In this document: piece by piece, positions 10,077 through 21,791 of the stretch
How positions within the stretch are numbered: the stretch's first letter is position 1
Layout: the number at the start of each line of letters is the position of its first letter
Origin: Scyliorhinus canicula
Lineage: Eukaryota
Assembly (NCBI RefSeq): GCF_902713615.1
Contig: NC_052149.1
Coordinates: 87,561,519 to 87,625,518, forward strand
Reading direction: 5' to 3'
DNA: 64,000 nt
Translations under genes and position numbers: made by a program
Notes under the pieces: generated by a model
Database searches by the model: none
What the model was told of the DNA's origin: nothing
What the model saw: only the letters and a program-made list of their open reading frames with translations

Positions 10077-13000
10077 ATGGTTAACCCCACAGGAGCAAGG
10101 GGGCAGAAGCCCCCCACCAGAATAGTCACCTGGAACGTAAGGGGACTTAACGGCCCAGTGAAGAGATCTAGAGTCCTCACCCACCTTAGAAACATGAGGG
10201 CCGACATAGTCTTCCTCCAAGAGACGCACTTGAGGGAGCAGGACCAACTGCGGGTAAGAAAGGGCTGGGTGGGACAAACCTATCATTCCTGTTATGGGGC
10301 AAGGGCCAGGGGGGTGGCGATCCTGATTGGCAAGAGGACAATGTTTAGGGCGACAAAGACGGTTACGGACCCAGGGGGACGGTATGTCATGGTCAGCGGG
10401 GCCCTGGATGGGGCGCCGGTAGTTCTAGTTAACGTGTATGCGCCCAACTGGGACGACACGAGCTTCATCCAAAAGACCATGGCAGAAATCCCGGACATAG
10501 CGACGCACCGACTAATCATGGGGGGGGACTTCAACTGTGTACAGGACCCAACGACGGACAGATCAAACCCCAGAACGGGGAAAACCTCAAACATGGCAAG
10601 GGAACTCAGTCACTATATGGAGCAGATGGGAGCAGTAGACCCCTGGAGATTCGCCCACCCGGGGGAGAAAGAATTCTCTTTCTTCTCCCCAGTACACAAC
10701 GTGTACACCAGAATTGACTTCTTTGTGGTGGGGAAAACGGTGCTTCCAGAGATAGACAAGGTGGAATACTCTGCAATTGTGATATCAGACCACGCTCCAC
10801 ACTACATGGATGTGCGGCTAGAGACGGGAAGGGCCCAGCGCCCCAAATGGAGGTTGGACGGTGCCTTACTAGCTGACAAGGCCTTCAGCGAAAGGATAGC
10901 GCAGGCCATAGCGGAGTACACTGGGATCAACCAAAACGGGGAGGTCTCACCCTCCACGTTCTGGGAAGCGCTTAAGGCCGTACTAAGAGGGGAAATCATA
11001 GCCTACAAAGCGCAAAGAGATAGGGAGGAAAGGGTGGCTAGGCAGAAGCTGGTCGACTCCATACTGGAGGTAGACCATAAATACTCCGAGGCCCCGACTG
11101 TAGAACTCCTGGCGGAGAGAAAAGAATTACAAAGGAACTTTGACCTGCTCTCCACCAGGAAAGCAGTACACCAACTCCGCCAGGCACGCGGGGCCCTATA
11201 CGAACACGGAGACAAAGCCAGCCACCTGTTGGCCCACCAGCTGAGAAAGCAGGCAGCCAGCAGAGAAATTGCGCAAATCAGAGATACCAGAGGCACGTTG
11301 GAAACAGAACCAGAGAGGATTAACAAAACCTTCAAGGCCTTCTACCAAGAGCTGTACACCTCAGAGCCCCCAACGGGGAAGGCTGGGATGAACCGGTTTC
11401 TTGACGGACTGGACATACCAGTTGTGGGAGAGGGCAGAAAACGGGATCTGGAAGCACCACTAGCACTGGGAGAGATCATGGAGAGCATTAGCTCCATGCA
11501 GGCGGGGAAGGCGCCGGGACCGGACGGATTCCCGGCGGACTTCTACAAAAAATTTGCGACAGCGCTGGCCCCGCACCTGCGGGAGATGTTCACAGACTCG
11601 CTAGCTAGGGGCATGTTGCCACCCACGTTAGCACAGGCCTCAATCTCGCTGATACCTAAGAAAGACAAAGACCCAACGGAATGTGGGTCATACAGACCCA
11701 TATCTCTGCTGAATGCAGACGCCAAAATACTGGCCAAAATCCTAGCCAAGAGGCTAGAAGACTGTGTACCTGAGGTGGTCACAGAGGACCAGACGGGCTT
11801 TGTCAAAGGTAGACAGCTTACCGCGAACATCAGGCGCCTACTGAACGTGATAATGACCCCCTCCGGGGAGAGAACACAAGAGGTGATCGTCTCCCTGGAC
11901 GCAGAAAAGGCCTTCGACAGAGTCGAGTGGAAATACCTCATAGAGGTACTGGAGCGGTTCGGGCTTGGAACAGGGTTCACCGCTTGGGTAAAGCTCCTGT
12001 ACAACGCTCCCATGGCGAGTGTACAGACCAACAATACCAACTCCCAATACTTCCAGCTGCACAGGGGCACCAGACAAGGATGCCCACTGTCCCCGCTGCT
12101 GTTCGCACTAGCAATTGAACCGCTAGCAATCGCGCTCAGGGCAGCAAAAAATTGGAGGGGGATCCGAAGGGGAGGTAGAGAGCACAGAGTCTCACTCTAT
12201 GCGGATGATCTGCTCCTCTATATCTCGGACCCACAAAGCAGCATGGATGGAATCATCGCGCTCCTGAAAGAGTTTGGAGCCTTCTCGGGCTACAAACTCA
12301 ACATGAGCAAAAGTGAGATCTTCCCAGTACACCCGCAAGGGGGGGAGGGAGCAGCACTAAAGGGGCTGCCGTTCAAACAAGCCCGACATAAATTCCGCTA
12401 CCTGGGGATCCAAATAGCCCATGACTGGAAAGGGATCCACAAATGGAACCTCACCAGCCTGACGGAGGAAGTTAAAAAGGACCTGCAAAGATGGAACACA
12501 CTCCCGCTCTCCCTCGCGGGGAGAGTTCAGACGATCAAAATGAACGTACTGCCCAGGTTCCTCTTCCTGTTTAGATCCATTCCGATCTACATCCCCAAGG
12601 CCTTTTTCAAAGCGCTGGACAAACTCATCATGGCGTTCGTATGGGGGGGTAAAAATGCTAGGATCCCAAAGAAGGTCTTACAAAAAACAAAAACCAGGGG
12701 AGGGCTAGCCCTCCCGAATCTACAATTCTACCACTGGGCAGCAACAGCCGAGCGAGTAAGGGGATGGATCCAGGAGCCAGAAGCTGTGTGGGTGCGTGCG
12801 GAGGAGGCCTCCTGCATGGGAACCTCCCTCCGGGCCCTCGCCACGGCAGCACTCCCATCCCCACCCAAAAAACACTCCAGCAGCCCAGTGGTGACAGCCA
12901 CCCTCCAATCCTGGAACCAACTGCGGCAGCAACTTGGCCTGACCAAAATGTCGAACAGGGCTCCCATCTGCAACAACCATAGGTTCACACCAGCACTGAC

Positions 13001-13904
13001 TGACGCCACCTTCAAAAGGTGGAGGCAGGACGGGGGGACACTGACAGTCAAGGACCTATACACGGACGACAGGATCGCAACACTGGACGAACTGACAGAG
13101 AAATTTCAGCTAGCTGGGGGGAACGAGTTACGGTACCTGCAGCTCAAAAACTTCCTACGAAAGGAGACAAGGACATACCCACAACCGCCACGACGGACAC
13201 TACTGGAAGACCTACTGGACGCAAGTATCCTACAGAAAGGGAACTGTAGTGACATGTATGACCGACTGGTAGATAGGGACGACACCGTACTGGACGCAAC
13301 AAGAAGGAAATGGGAGGACGACCTGGGGATGGAGATAGGGTAGGGACTCTGGAGCGAAGCACTGCATAGGGTCAACTCCACCTCCACGTGCGCAAGGCTC
13401 AGCCTGACGCAACTAAAAGTGGTACATAGAGCCCACTTAACGAGAAACCGTATGAGTAGGTTCTTCCCGGAGGTGGAGGACAAATGTGAGCGGTGCCAGA
13501 GAGGCCCGGCCAACCACGCCCACATGTTCTGGTCTTGCCCCAGACTTGTGGAGTACTGGACAGCCTTCTTCGAGGCTATGTCCAAAGTGGTGGGAGTGAG
13601 GGTGGAGCCATGCCCGATAGTGGCGGTCTTCGGGGTTTCAGAACAGCCAGATCTATTCCTGGGGAGGAGGGCGGACGCCCTTGCCTTTGCCTCCCTGATC
13701 GCCCGCCGTAGAATCCTGTTTGGCTGGCGGTCAGCAGCACCGCCCAGAGCTGCGGACTGGCTGTCCGACCTCTCGGAATCTCTCCAAATGGAGAAAATCA
13801 AATTTGCCATCCGAGGGTCGGACGACGGCTTCCACAGAACGTGGGAGCCATTCATGCAACTGTTCCGGGACCTATTTGTGGCCAATGTACAAGAGGAAGA
13901 ATAG
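10077..13904 (+). CDS. L1 ORF2p (APE endonuclease, reverse transcriptase, C-terminal Cys/His domain), interrupted by one in-frame TAG at 13341-13343
   Basis: TWNVRGLN, LQETH, GGDFN, RIDFF, SDHAP (EN); KAPGPDG, YRPISLLN, QTGF, LDAEKAFD, GTRQGCPLSPLLF, LYADD (RT); CERC..HMFWSC; ORFs 9813..13343 and 13419..13904 are in the same frame. Confidence 0.93.
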
Positions 13905-14129
13905 TCGGGGGAAGGTAGCGGGAGGGGGGGGGGGCTACAGGTTCGGTACGGGGGTTCGATGGCTAGCTAAGGCCCAAAACCAAACTAAATAAACATGTTG
14001 GGGGGGGGGGGGGGGCGCGCAGTTACTACTACGAAGATGCTTACCTGTAAATATGTATGTTAATTTTTGCGTGTTTTTTTTTTCTCTCCTAACAATTTGT
14101 AATTTGTTCAATATAAAATATGAAAACTG

Positions 14130-14157
14130 AATAAAAACATTTATAAAAAAAAAAAAA
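14130..14157 (+). terminator. L1 polyadenylation signal and poly(A) tail
   Basis: AATAAA at 14130-14135 followed by an A-run ending in the TSD. Confidence 0.85.
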
Positions 14158-15059
14158 TGTATAGCTTTATTCTAGTTAAAAGCTCTTTGTGGTCTTTGTG
14201 AACACTACGCCAACCATCCTTAAAATTAGCAACACAAAGAACACCACAACTGTAAAGTGCAAATATAAATAAGAATTACAAATTCAAAGAAATTCAAACT
14301 AATGAATGCATGGGATTATATTTTTCCCCAAAGTGTTTCTACTGGAATGATATGTTGTAGCCTTCTAAACTTGGCACCCATTACAAATGTTGGTGCAAAT
14401 CTGAATAGACAACAGGGCAACTCCAGAATTCTGCTTCCATAGTTAGTACAGAGACTACGGTGACTCAGTGTTTAAATAAATATGTTTTTTTGCTGCAATA
14501 TATGAAAATGTCAGTTATTCCCAAAGGCAACATTTTACAATATTGCAGAAACTGTTATTTAAGAATGAAAACAATGACTAATCTACCAAGAAAGCAACTG
14601 CTATTGAGATATCAAATGGCCGCAGTCATGTGCAATAGTAAAGGTGTTTCTTATTAATTATCAGAACAATTAACCTTATTTAGTTTAGCATTGCCTCACC
14701 CTCAATCTGACCAACCAAGACTGAAAGCTGAATGTAGTGTGAGTTTACCTTGTTTCTTTTTGAATCAAGAATCGTGGGATGCAGCTTCCGGTTTTGAAAA
14801 TCTGTTAACAGGATATTAGAACTATTTGAACTCCGATTGTTCTTCACTCTCCCTCATTGTTTCCCTGGAAATGTCCTTATGGTTCAGATCACACCCAAGA
14901 CATTATTTCATCTTTCTCTATCAGATGCTGAGCTGTCTGAAACGAAGTGTGATTCAACAAACCCGACTATCTATAACTGGAGGAAATTTCTGCCTCTTTC
15001 CTACCAACAGAATGCTTGCAAGGCCACAACTTTAACTGACTGAACAGAGTTGAAAGGTG

Positions 15060-15182
15060 TCCCTTCGGTTCAATTCCCGTACCAGCCTTGCTGAACAGGC
15101 GCCGGAATGTGGCGACTGGGGGCTTTTCACAGTAACTTCATTTGAAGCCTACTTGTGACAATAAGTGATTTTTATTTCATTT
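15060..15182 (+). mobile_element. SINE 3' tail fragment
   Basis: CAGGCGCCGGAATGTGGCGACT.GG.GCTTTTCACAGTAACTTCATT..CCTACTTGTGACAATAA; same tail as the SINE at 53718-54007(-). Confidence 0.65.
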
Positions 15183-16904
15183 AAGTTAATTTGAGTGAGA
15201 GTCTTTAAGTAAACTGATTAAAGCAATAGCAACTACTCAGCACATTGCTGTGTGAACCAGAGTGATATCTGTGAGCCAAGGGTAACAAAAGAGATACACA
15301 ACATCTAATCAAATGAAGACTGTATGGTCAGAGATGATCACACGTTTCTCTTACTCTAATTAATTTCAACTCAGGATCCTGAAACTCTGCAACTTCTTAT
15401 TTCATTGAGTCTATCTTTTCTACATTTTTACAGGTTTTTAAGACTAAGCTTTCTGTCACTAAGCCATCCCCTGCCAGGACTGTTGCGTGCTCGGCCAGCA
15501 TATTTAATTGATCAGCTCCCCTTTAGTTCTCTACCTCCACATCTCCCTTATTCAATCCTAGCCCCATCTCCTTGAGTCTTTAATCTATTCTGAGAACCAC
15601 TCAATCACCCTCCAGCAACTTTTTAAAGTTTCTAAAACATTGCAGCATCAGCTGAATTTCCTGTTAGTCTCTCTAATAGCCAAATGCCTCTGAATTTGTT
15701 GCAAACAGTAATTAATGAAACCAGAGCATTCAGCAGAATTGCATCAGATGCTTCTCATTGTAAAGTTATTCCATTATGTGACTTTATTTCTGGTCTGATA
15801 GGTGGTGTTTTGCTGAAATAAATCAGTAATCCCCCTTCTTTAGAATATAACCGTGATAAAGCTTGTGACATGGCAACAGCTTCAAAAATTACAGTAGATC
15901 TATCCAAGTTATTAAGTGCCTGCACTTGACATCTATAAATTCCATTCGTGCCAAGACAACCAGTGACTTGGGTACTGAAATGGAAACTCCTTTATCATTT
16001 TGCACATCTGACCTGTACGCACACCTGCACCTTAGAACAATAGATCTTCGATTGCTGCTTCTGTGAATGTGGCAATGACTCAGTGGCAGATATCAGAGAA
16101 ACCATTCCCAATCTTACTGCTACTGGAGAGCCAGGAAACAGTAATGTTATTCACAAACTTGATCCCCAGTAGCATTGAACAAACAAAACCGCATAGATTT
16201 CTGCAATTATACATTGCAAAACATTCCATGGTGTAAGGACATTTTTTGAAGAAAAACAACCAAAATAAACACTACATTTAGGAAAATTCAAGTCAGTTAA
16301 AAATATAGCAACAAAGTTATCACAAAGCAGTGTTTTATAAATTCTGTGAAAATGTCCATATTAATTAGTCCCCTCCAGGGAGTCAGTGCATTTGCCTGAC
16401 TGCTTTTTGTGATTGGATACATATTAAGGTTTTGTGCTTTATGATGCTGAAAGCACGTCCTCCAAGGCTGAAGAAGGGTTGATTACGTTCTGTGTAAATA
16501 TAAATCATTTGAATTGAAAGCGCCCAAAGTTGTTATTTTCAGACCACAAATCTTGGTGTCTTGGTGATTCAGTTGATATACATACTGCCCAGTCTGGCGC
16601 TAATCCATGCACAGAACACAATGTTCCCAAGTAAGGCCATTTCTATACTGTAGGACACCACCAACATTTGAAAAGTAGGGGAGAAGGGAAGGTGAATCAA
16701 GTGGGAGTGGTCAGGTGGTGCCACTTTTGATTTCAAAGCCTAGGAAATAAATGAGTTGGAATGGAGGAAGCAATTGTGCATTTAATCTTTGTTTTAAAAA
16801 CAACTGTGCAGAAAGCAAGAGAATTACATATTTGGAAAGAACACGGAGCTTAAGAGGGGAAAAGATCAGGGAAACCATAACCATGTTAATATTGATAAAC
16901 TTAG

Positions 16905-17095
16905 CCAGCGGCGCTGAAGACCCGGGTTTGATTCCCGGCTCTGGGTCACTATCCGTGTGGAGTTTGCACATTCTCCCCGTGTCTGCGTGGGTTTCACCCC
17001 CACAACACAAAGATATGCAGGTTAGATGGATTGGCCACCCTAAATTGCCCCTTAATTGGAAAAAAAATAATTGAGTACTTCAAATTTATTTTTTT
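16905..17095 (+). mobile_element. HE1/V-SINE-type SINE
   Basis: GACCCGGGTTTGATTCCCGGCTCTGGGTCACT...CAAAGATATGCAGGTTAGATGGATTGGCC...AATTGCCCCTTAATTGG. Confidence 0.85.
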
Positions 17096-17949
17096 AAATA
17101 TTGATAACAGTCAGCCTTACAATTGGACCCCTTGAGATAAGAAGGGTCTGCCTAAGTCTGAACTTCTGATCCACTGACTCCCGCTGAAAAATGTATAGAC
17201 GAGGATTGGGTGGGGTTTAGTCTTGTTGCTGATGCTAATCTACTTAAACATCTTATAATGTCACATATAGAGACCAGGAACCCTGGGAATCACGCACCAG
17301 AGTATCGCCAGCGGCTGTGAAATTATATTCAACAAGAGGAAAGGAGAGAAAATTAACACACACAAAAAAAATTTTTTTTAATGAATTCCTGGTCATGTGT
17401 ATATGGGTTAAATATATATTATATATTTGTAATATCTAGAAATTGCTTGTTTGTGTCTGTGATTTCAAAGATCGGAAACACAATAGGAAATAATCTGATT
17501 TTAGCAGGAAATGTCAGGTCCATGGTGGAATATTCTGTTTTCACTGGTGGACATTTAATTAGGCAAAATGATAGCATACCTGAATCCTGTCACCTTTCCA
17601 CCTCTCCAGAATTAATTTCTGAGTGGGAAGGTCCATGATCAACCTTCTCGCCCCGCTGCCAATTGAAGCCCGTAAATGGCCAATTAAAGACACTTAAGGG
17701 TCTCATGCCCCCCCACCACTGGTATTAATCCAGCTTTAGGCCTGTCACCATGCAGTCTACAGGCAGCTTCAACTACAGCTAGCCTGTCGCCTTCTGTGGG
17801 AGGGGTCCCTCACTCAAAGGCACTCAATGGCTGGAATTCTCCATTCAACTCCACTCCAATCGGGATTCCTGATCGGGCGAATAATGGAGCGTCGAGAGAA
17901 AAACAGGTTTGGCGCCCGGGCGCTACCCACCCCGCACAGGCAGGAGGAT

Positions 17950-18354
17950 GTGAAGCAAATATTTAAGTAAATGTTAATTGTTATATTACTTTGTGTAATA
18001 TATATATTACTCTGTTTAACCAGCCGAGTTGCTGAAATGAGCAGTAGTCGTCTTGTAAAGATAAACTAATTTATTGAGTAAAATAAATAAATATTGAGAG
18101 TTCTTTTTACTTAATACTCAACTAGTAAAATAAAGAAACAATTGTAGAGATAATTAATTAAATTATACAATACAATGCTTTGATAACTAATAACTTCTCT
18201 CTCTAGCTTTCCTAGGTCTGTTCTCGCGACACTCCTGATACACACTCCTCTTAGAAAGAGCGGGGAAACTATTAATATAGATCCTGATCGTGAGACCTCT
18301 AGTGTTCAAGTGCTTGTACTGACATTATGTATATTGATATACAGAGATCACTAC
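17950..18354 (-). mobile_element. Probable solo LTR (Gypsy-type), decayed
   Basis: TG...CACTACA ends, AATAAA on the minus strand; right end resembles the LTR at 59984-60286; no clean TSD. Confidence 0.45.
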
Positions 18355-20052
18355 ATTAATATCATTAAAAGGCTCGAAGCCCAAATCTCCATCCACTCCC
18401 ACCTTATGCTTCGGTCCCCACAGAAGGATATCCACAGGGCAGATTTTGATGCAAGCTTGCCCAATCAGGACACTAATGCAATGGACCCCAAGAGTACAAC
18501 TGAAATGCCCCCCAAAGTCCATCAGAAGGCCCCCGTGCCTCCACAATGCAAATCCCCCCTTCTCCCCTACTGACAAGTAGGGGCATCCTTACCTACCCAG
18601 AGCATGCACGCGGGTGACGTGACCTCCCCCACCATCAGAACCCCCATCAGAGACCCCCAAAAGTTACCTCTGTCTGAAAGCTGAAGTTCAAGCAGTACAG
18701 TGAAAGATCACTGAATTTTCACTTATCCTTCCCCAACATTGGCTGCCTCAGACTAAAAAGTGTTTAAAGCAGCAGTTATTACAAGTGTCAGAGGCTTCCT
18801 CAAAAGCCAAGTACACGTCAAAGAGCATCAAATCCCCTTTGAAATGCAAATCTTCCATGCTGTGGAGGGGGTGACCCGTTGTTCCTACTTGTCAGCAAGG
18901 GGAGGAGGGCTGGATTTGCTTTGGGGAGGGGGGGGTGGGCAAAATGTCGAGCTCTCCGCCATGCATAAATTGGCATGGTAAAGGAGAGAGATTCACATAC
19001 CAGGCCCCAACCCTAGCTCCTGCAGACGCCAGTAGTGATTCTCCGCTGGCAGGAGCGCTTAGGCTCCAGAACACAGAAACCCGGCCAATGTCTCAGCTTC
19101 CCCAGTGGAACTGCTGAGCACAAGAGCTGCCAGCCTCAGATTGGCCAGCAGCTCTCAGTAAGTGATACTTCTGTCCTCGGCATCTTGATTCCAGGCTAAA
19201 GTCCACGGATTGCCTTGCCATTGCCTGATCATCAGATAAAGGAGGCACAGATCTCTCGCCAGCTGGCAGGTGAGACCCCCAAAGCCTCAACAAGATTCCA
19301 CCTGGTGACATTCCAGCCCACTGCAGGTGAAGAAGCTTTCTTCCACCTGGAAAATCATTGGTCAGTTGTCAAATGTTCACCAGCTATGGTGAGGCCTTCT
19401 GTTTAATTGTATTTACCAGCCATGAGAAAGCATTGCACAGAAGCTGTCTCCATCTGTCCATCTCTTTTCCTCTTCCCTTTAAAATGGCATATGTCAGCAA
19501 GGTTTGCAACTGCTTTTTTAAAACGTGAAGGAATCGAGGGGAACCCACCGGACAGGTAAAGGTAACTATAGCTCCTGGGGAGAAGGACATGCTCCCTGGC
19601 CCTACCACCCTGGCGGGCCATTCAGTAGCTCCATTGGGGGGTGTCCCGTTATGTGTGGGGAGAGTTGCCCCTGTGCTTGGGGAGGGGGATTCCCCATATC
19701 TGTAAGGGAGGTTGCCCTGGTGCATGTGGGGAGGGGTGGTCCCTGTATCCGTAGGAGCAGGGGCAGATTTACTTTTCAAGCATAGTTTAGAAGGGTGCCC
19801 GGTCACCATGGAACCGACATCAGGCCTCACTCGGCCACCATGACAGTGAAGACCTTGGCTGCAGATTTGTTGTGCACCGAGTGCTGGAATATCCGGAGAG
19901 AAAACTTAGCTGTGCAGCAGGATGTCGATTTTCCTGCCTCAGCCAGCAAGCACTCTGTGCACAGAGTGGAAAATTCTGCCCATTGTTTTAACTATATATT
20001 GTCAGCTTGGTTTCCATTCATAAAAAATGTGCACATGCTCGATACTGGGACT

Positions 20053-20336
20053 TGTGGTGATATGCCTGTGAATCGTCTTGTACATAGTTAGTAATGCGAC
20101 CTCCAACCAGCTGGTGGCGTCAGACATCGGTCACATGATGGGAGACACTCGCCAGTGGTAGTAAGGCATTTAACAGGACAGTCGCACCTAGGGTAGCTCC
20201 AGGAGAGTTCACCAAACTCATTTAGTAACTTTGTATAGTAATCTGTTTATTATCTTTCCACGTGTTAATAAATAAATCATCGTTCTTGTTAAAAACTAGA
20301 TGTTCTGTGAACATCATTGCAATGGCAAACACGACA
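20053..20336 (+). mobile_element. Gypsy-type solo LTR
   Basis: TGTGGTGATATGC...CGACA; flanks GGACT and TGACT (5-bp TSD, 1 mismatch); AATAAA; clearly similar to the reverse complement of the LTR at 59984-60286. Confidence 0.75.
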
Positions 20337-20649
20337 TGACTTATTTTCAGTGCTGGCTGCCAATAGGAAACCTGGCCCACTGCCGATGCATACCAGGACA
20401 GTGTAGTAATTGCCAAATTATACAGCCGGCAGGTAAGGGTCTCACTACCTCAACACACTCAGAAATTTGTCCTACTGTATGTCTGGTAGTCAAGATGATA
20501 GATGCCCACACTTTATCTATTAAAGTAGCACAAGTTAAGCCTTTTAGTAAAGATAGAAAGACTAAACATTATTTTAGAAATATCTAAATAGTGCTAGATT
20601 GCTAAATGGCATTGCAGATGTAAAGGAGCCCATCATATTATTTACAGAA

Positions 20650-20885
20650 AAATAGAGCACCGCTCCCCATTTGTCTGGGCAGTGCTCCCTCAACCAACAT
20701 TATTTCAAACAGATCATCGAGTTAATTATTCTCATTTTTTAAAATGGGATTTTGTTCTGCATAAATTGGCCACCACACTGTCCTATATTAGAAGAGTGAA
20801 TCTGCATTAAAGGTACTTTATTGATCTTCATTGCTTTATGACCTCCTGAGGTCACAAAATATATTTACATGAACTTAACTTCTTT
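20650..20885 (+). mobile_element. Ancient DeuSINE-like (SacSINE1/AmnSINE1-type) fragment
   Basis: CCCTCAACCAACAT..AACAGAT..TCATT..GCATAAATTGGC..CCTATATTA; related antisense pieces at ~51706-51860 and ~63370-63430. Confidence 0.5.
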
Positions 20886-21614
20886 CCAATAATAATCACA
20901 CTATCGCCTACTCGAAGTCATTCTTTCCTATGTTATCTCATCCAGACTTTGCTTCTTGCAATGTACAGGTTTTTAAAAGCCTATGTCGGTACTTCATCCT
21001 TTACCTTGTCTTGTCTGACAGTTTCAATCTAGGTGGCATCCTGGACCACCTGCATCTAATATTTCACCTGTGATTCTAAAAAATATTTATTGTTCGTAAT
21101 GTAAATGGCCGCAGGTTCCAGGGCTGCCGGTTGCTTGAACAGTATCCAAACTTCTCTGTTCAGCCAAAAATAACAGAACAACAAAAAACAGAACTTCTTT
21201 GTTTCAAAGTGGCTCACAACCACAACAGTTCCAAAAGGACAATTTGTGGAAAAAGAACAAATTCTGTCAAAGCCCTATGGAGTCGTAAGTCCTTTTAAAA
21301 TCAGTTTCTTAATCTCTAAAAGCCTTTGTTGCAAAACGTTTTCTGGATATAAACATTCAATTATTCTTGTCTAACAAAAACGGACTTATGCATCGTGAAT
21401 TTCATTTAGCTTTTGTATTGCTTGGCATTTACCTTTTAATCTCAGTTGGTCATCTTGATAGAGGTTTTTAAAGTAAATTGTAAAAGAGACCATGAAGTGT
21501 AATAGCAAAAATGACTCATGGTTATCCATGGCTTGTGTCATGATACTGGTTTTAAAATGTTGTTATTCCTTTTTTTCTCCCAATTTACTCCCCATCCCAT
21601 CTCTTTCCTTAAAG

Positions 21615-21791
21615 TGGAGATGCCGGCATTGGACTGGGGTGGGCATAGTAAGAAGTCTTCCAGAAACATATATCCTGAAGAGGTGGAACCCACCTCTTCA
21701 TTCACCTGAGGAAGGAGCAGTGCTCCGAAAGCTAGTGATGCGAAACAAACCTGTTGGACTTTAACCTGGTGTTGTAAGACTTCTTACTGTG
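21615..21791 (+). mobile_element. Penelope-derived non-autonomous mini-element
   Basis: 14-bp TSD CTCTTTCCTTAAAG (21601-21614 and 21792-21805); inverted arms GCATAGTAAGAAGTCTT and AAGACTTCTTACTGTGC; contains a hammerhead core. Confidence 0.7.
21701..21740 (+). ncRNA. Minimal type I hammerhead ribozyme motif
   Basis: UCAC-CUGAGGA-A-GGAGC(AGU)GCUCC-GAAA-GCUA-GUGA: catalytic core boxes, 5-bp stem II, 4-bp stem I and palindromic AGCU in place of stem III. Confidence 0.6.

Larger units (their letters stand above)
7097..14157 (+). mobile_element. Full-length L1-clade non-LTR retrotransposon (~7.06 kb)
   Basis: TSD AAATGTATAGC (7086-7096 and 14155-14165), 5' GACTTCCGG start, ORF1 and ORF2, G-rich 3' UTR, AATAAA and poly(A) tail. 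Confidence 0.96.
6799..14248 (+). mobile_element. Gypsy-type solo LTR (~380 bp: 6799-7096 plus 14166-14248) interrupted by the full-length L1
   Basis: TGTG...CACA termini, exact 5-bp TSD ACTGT (6794-6798 and 14249-14253), AATAAA at 7083; shares AAGGGTTAATGTAA and AGAGGGAGC with the LTR at 55218. Confidence 0.8.

Noticed and set aside
13338-13400. Programmed UAG-G readthrough in ORF2
   Set aside because: Other L1 fragments in the window are open through this region, so a point mutation is simpler.
5533-13885. Long antisense ORFs opposite LINE ORFs
   Set aside because: These are shadow frames of the coding strand with no independent motifs.
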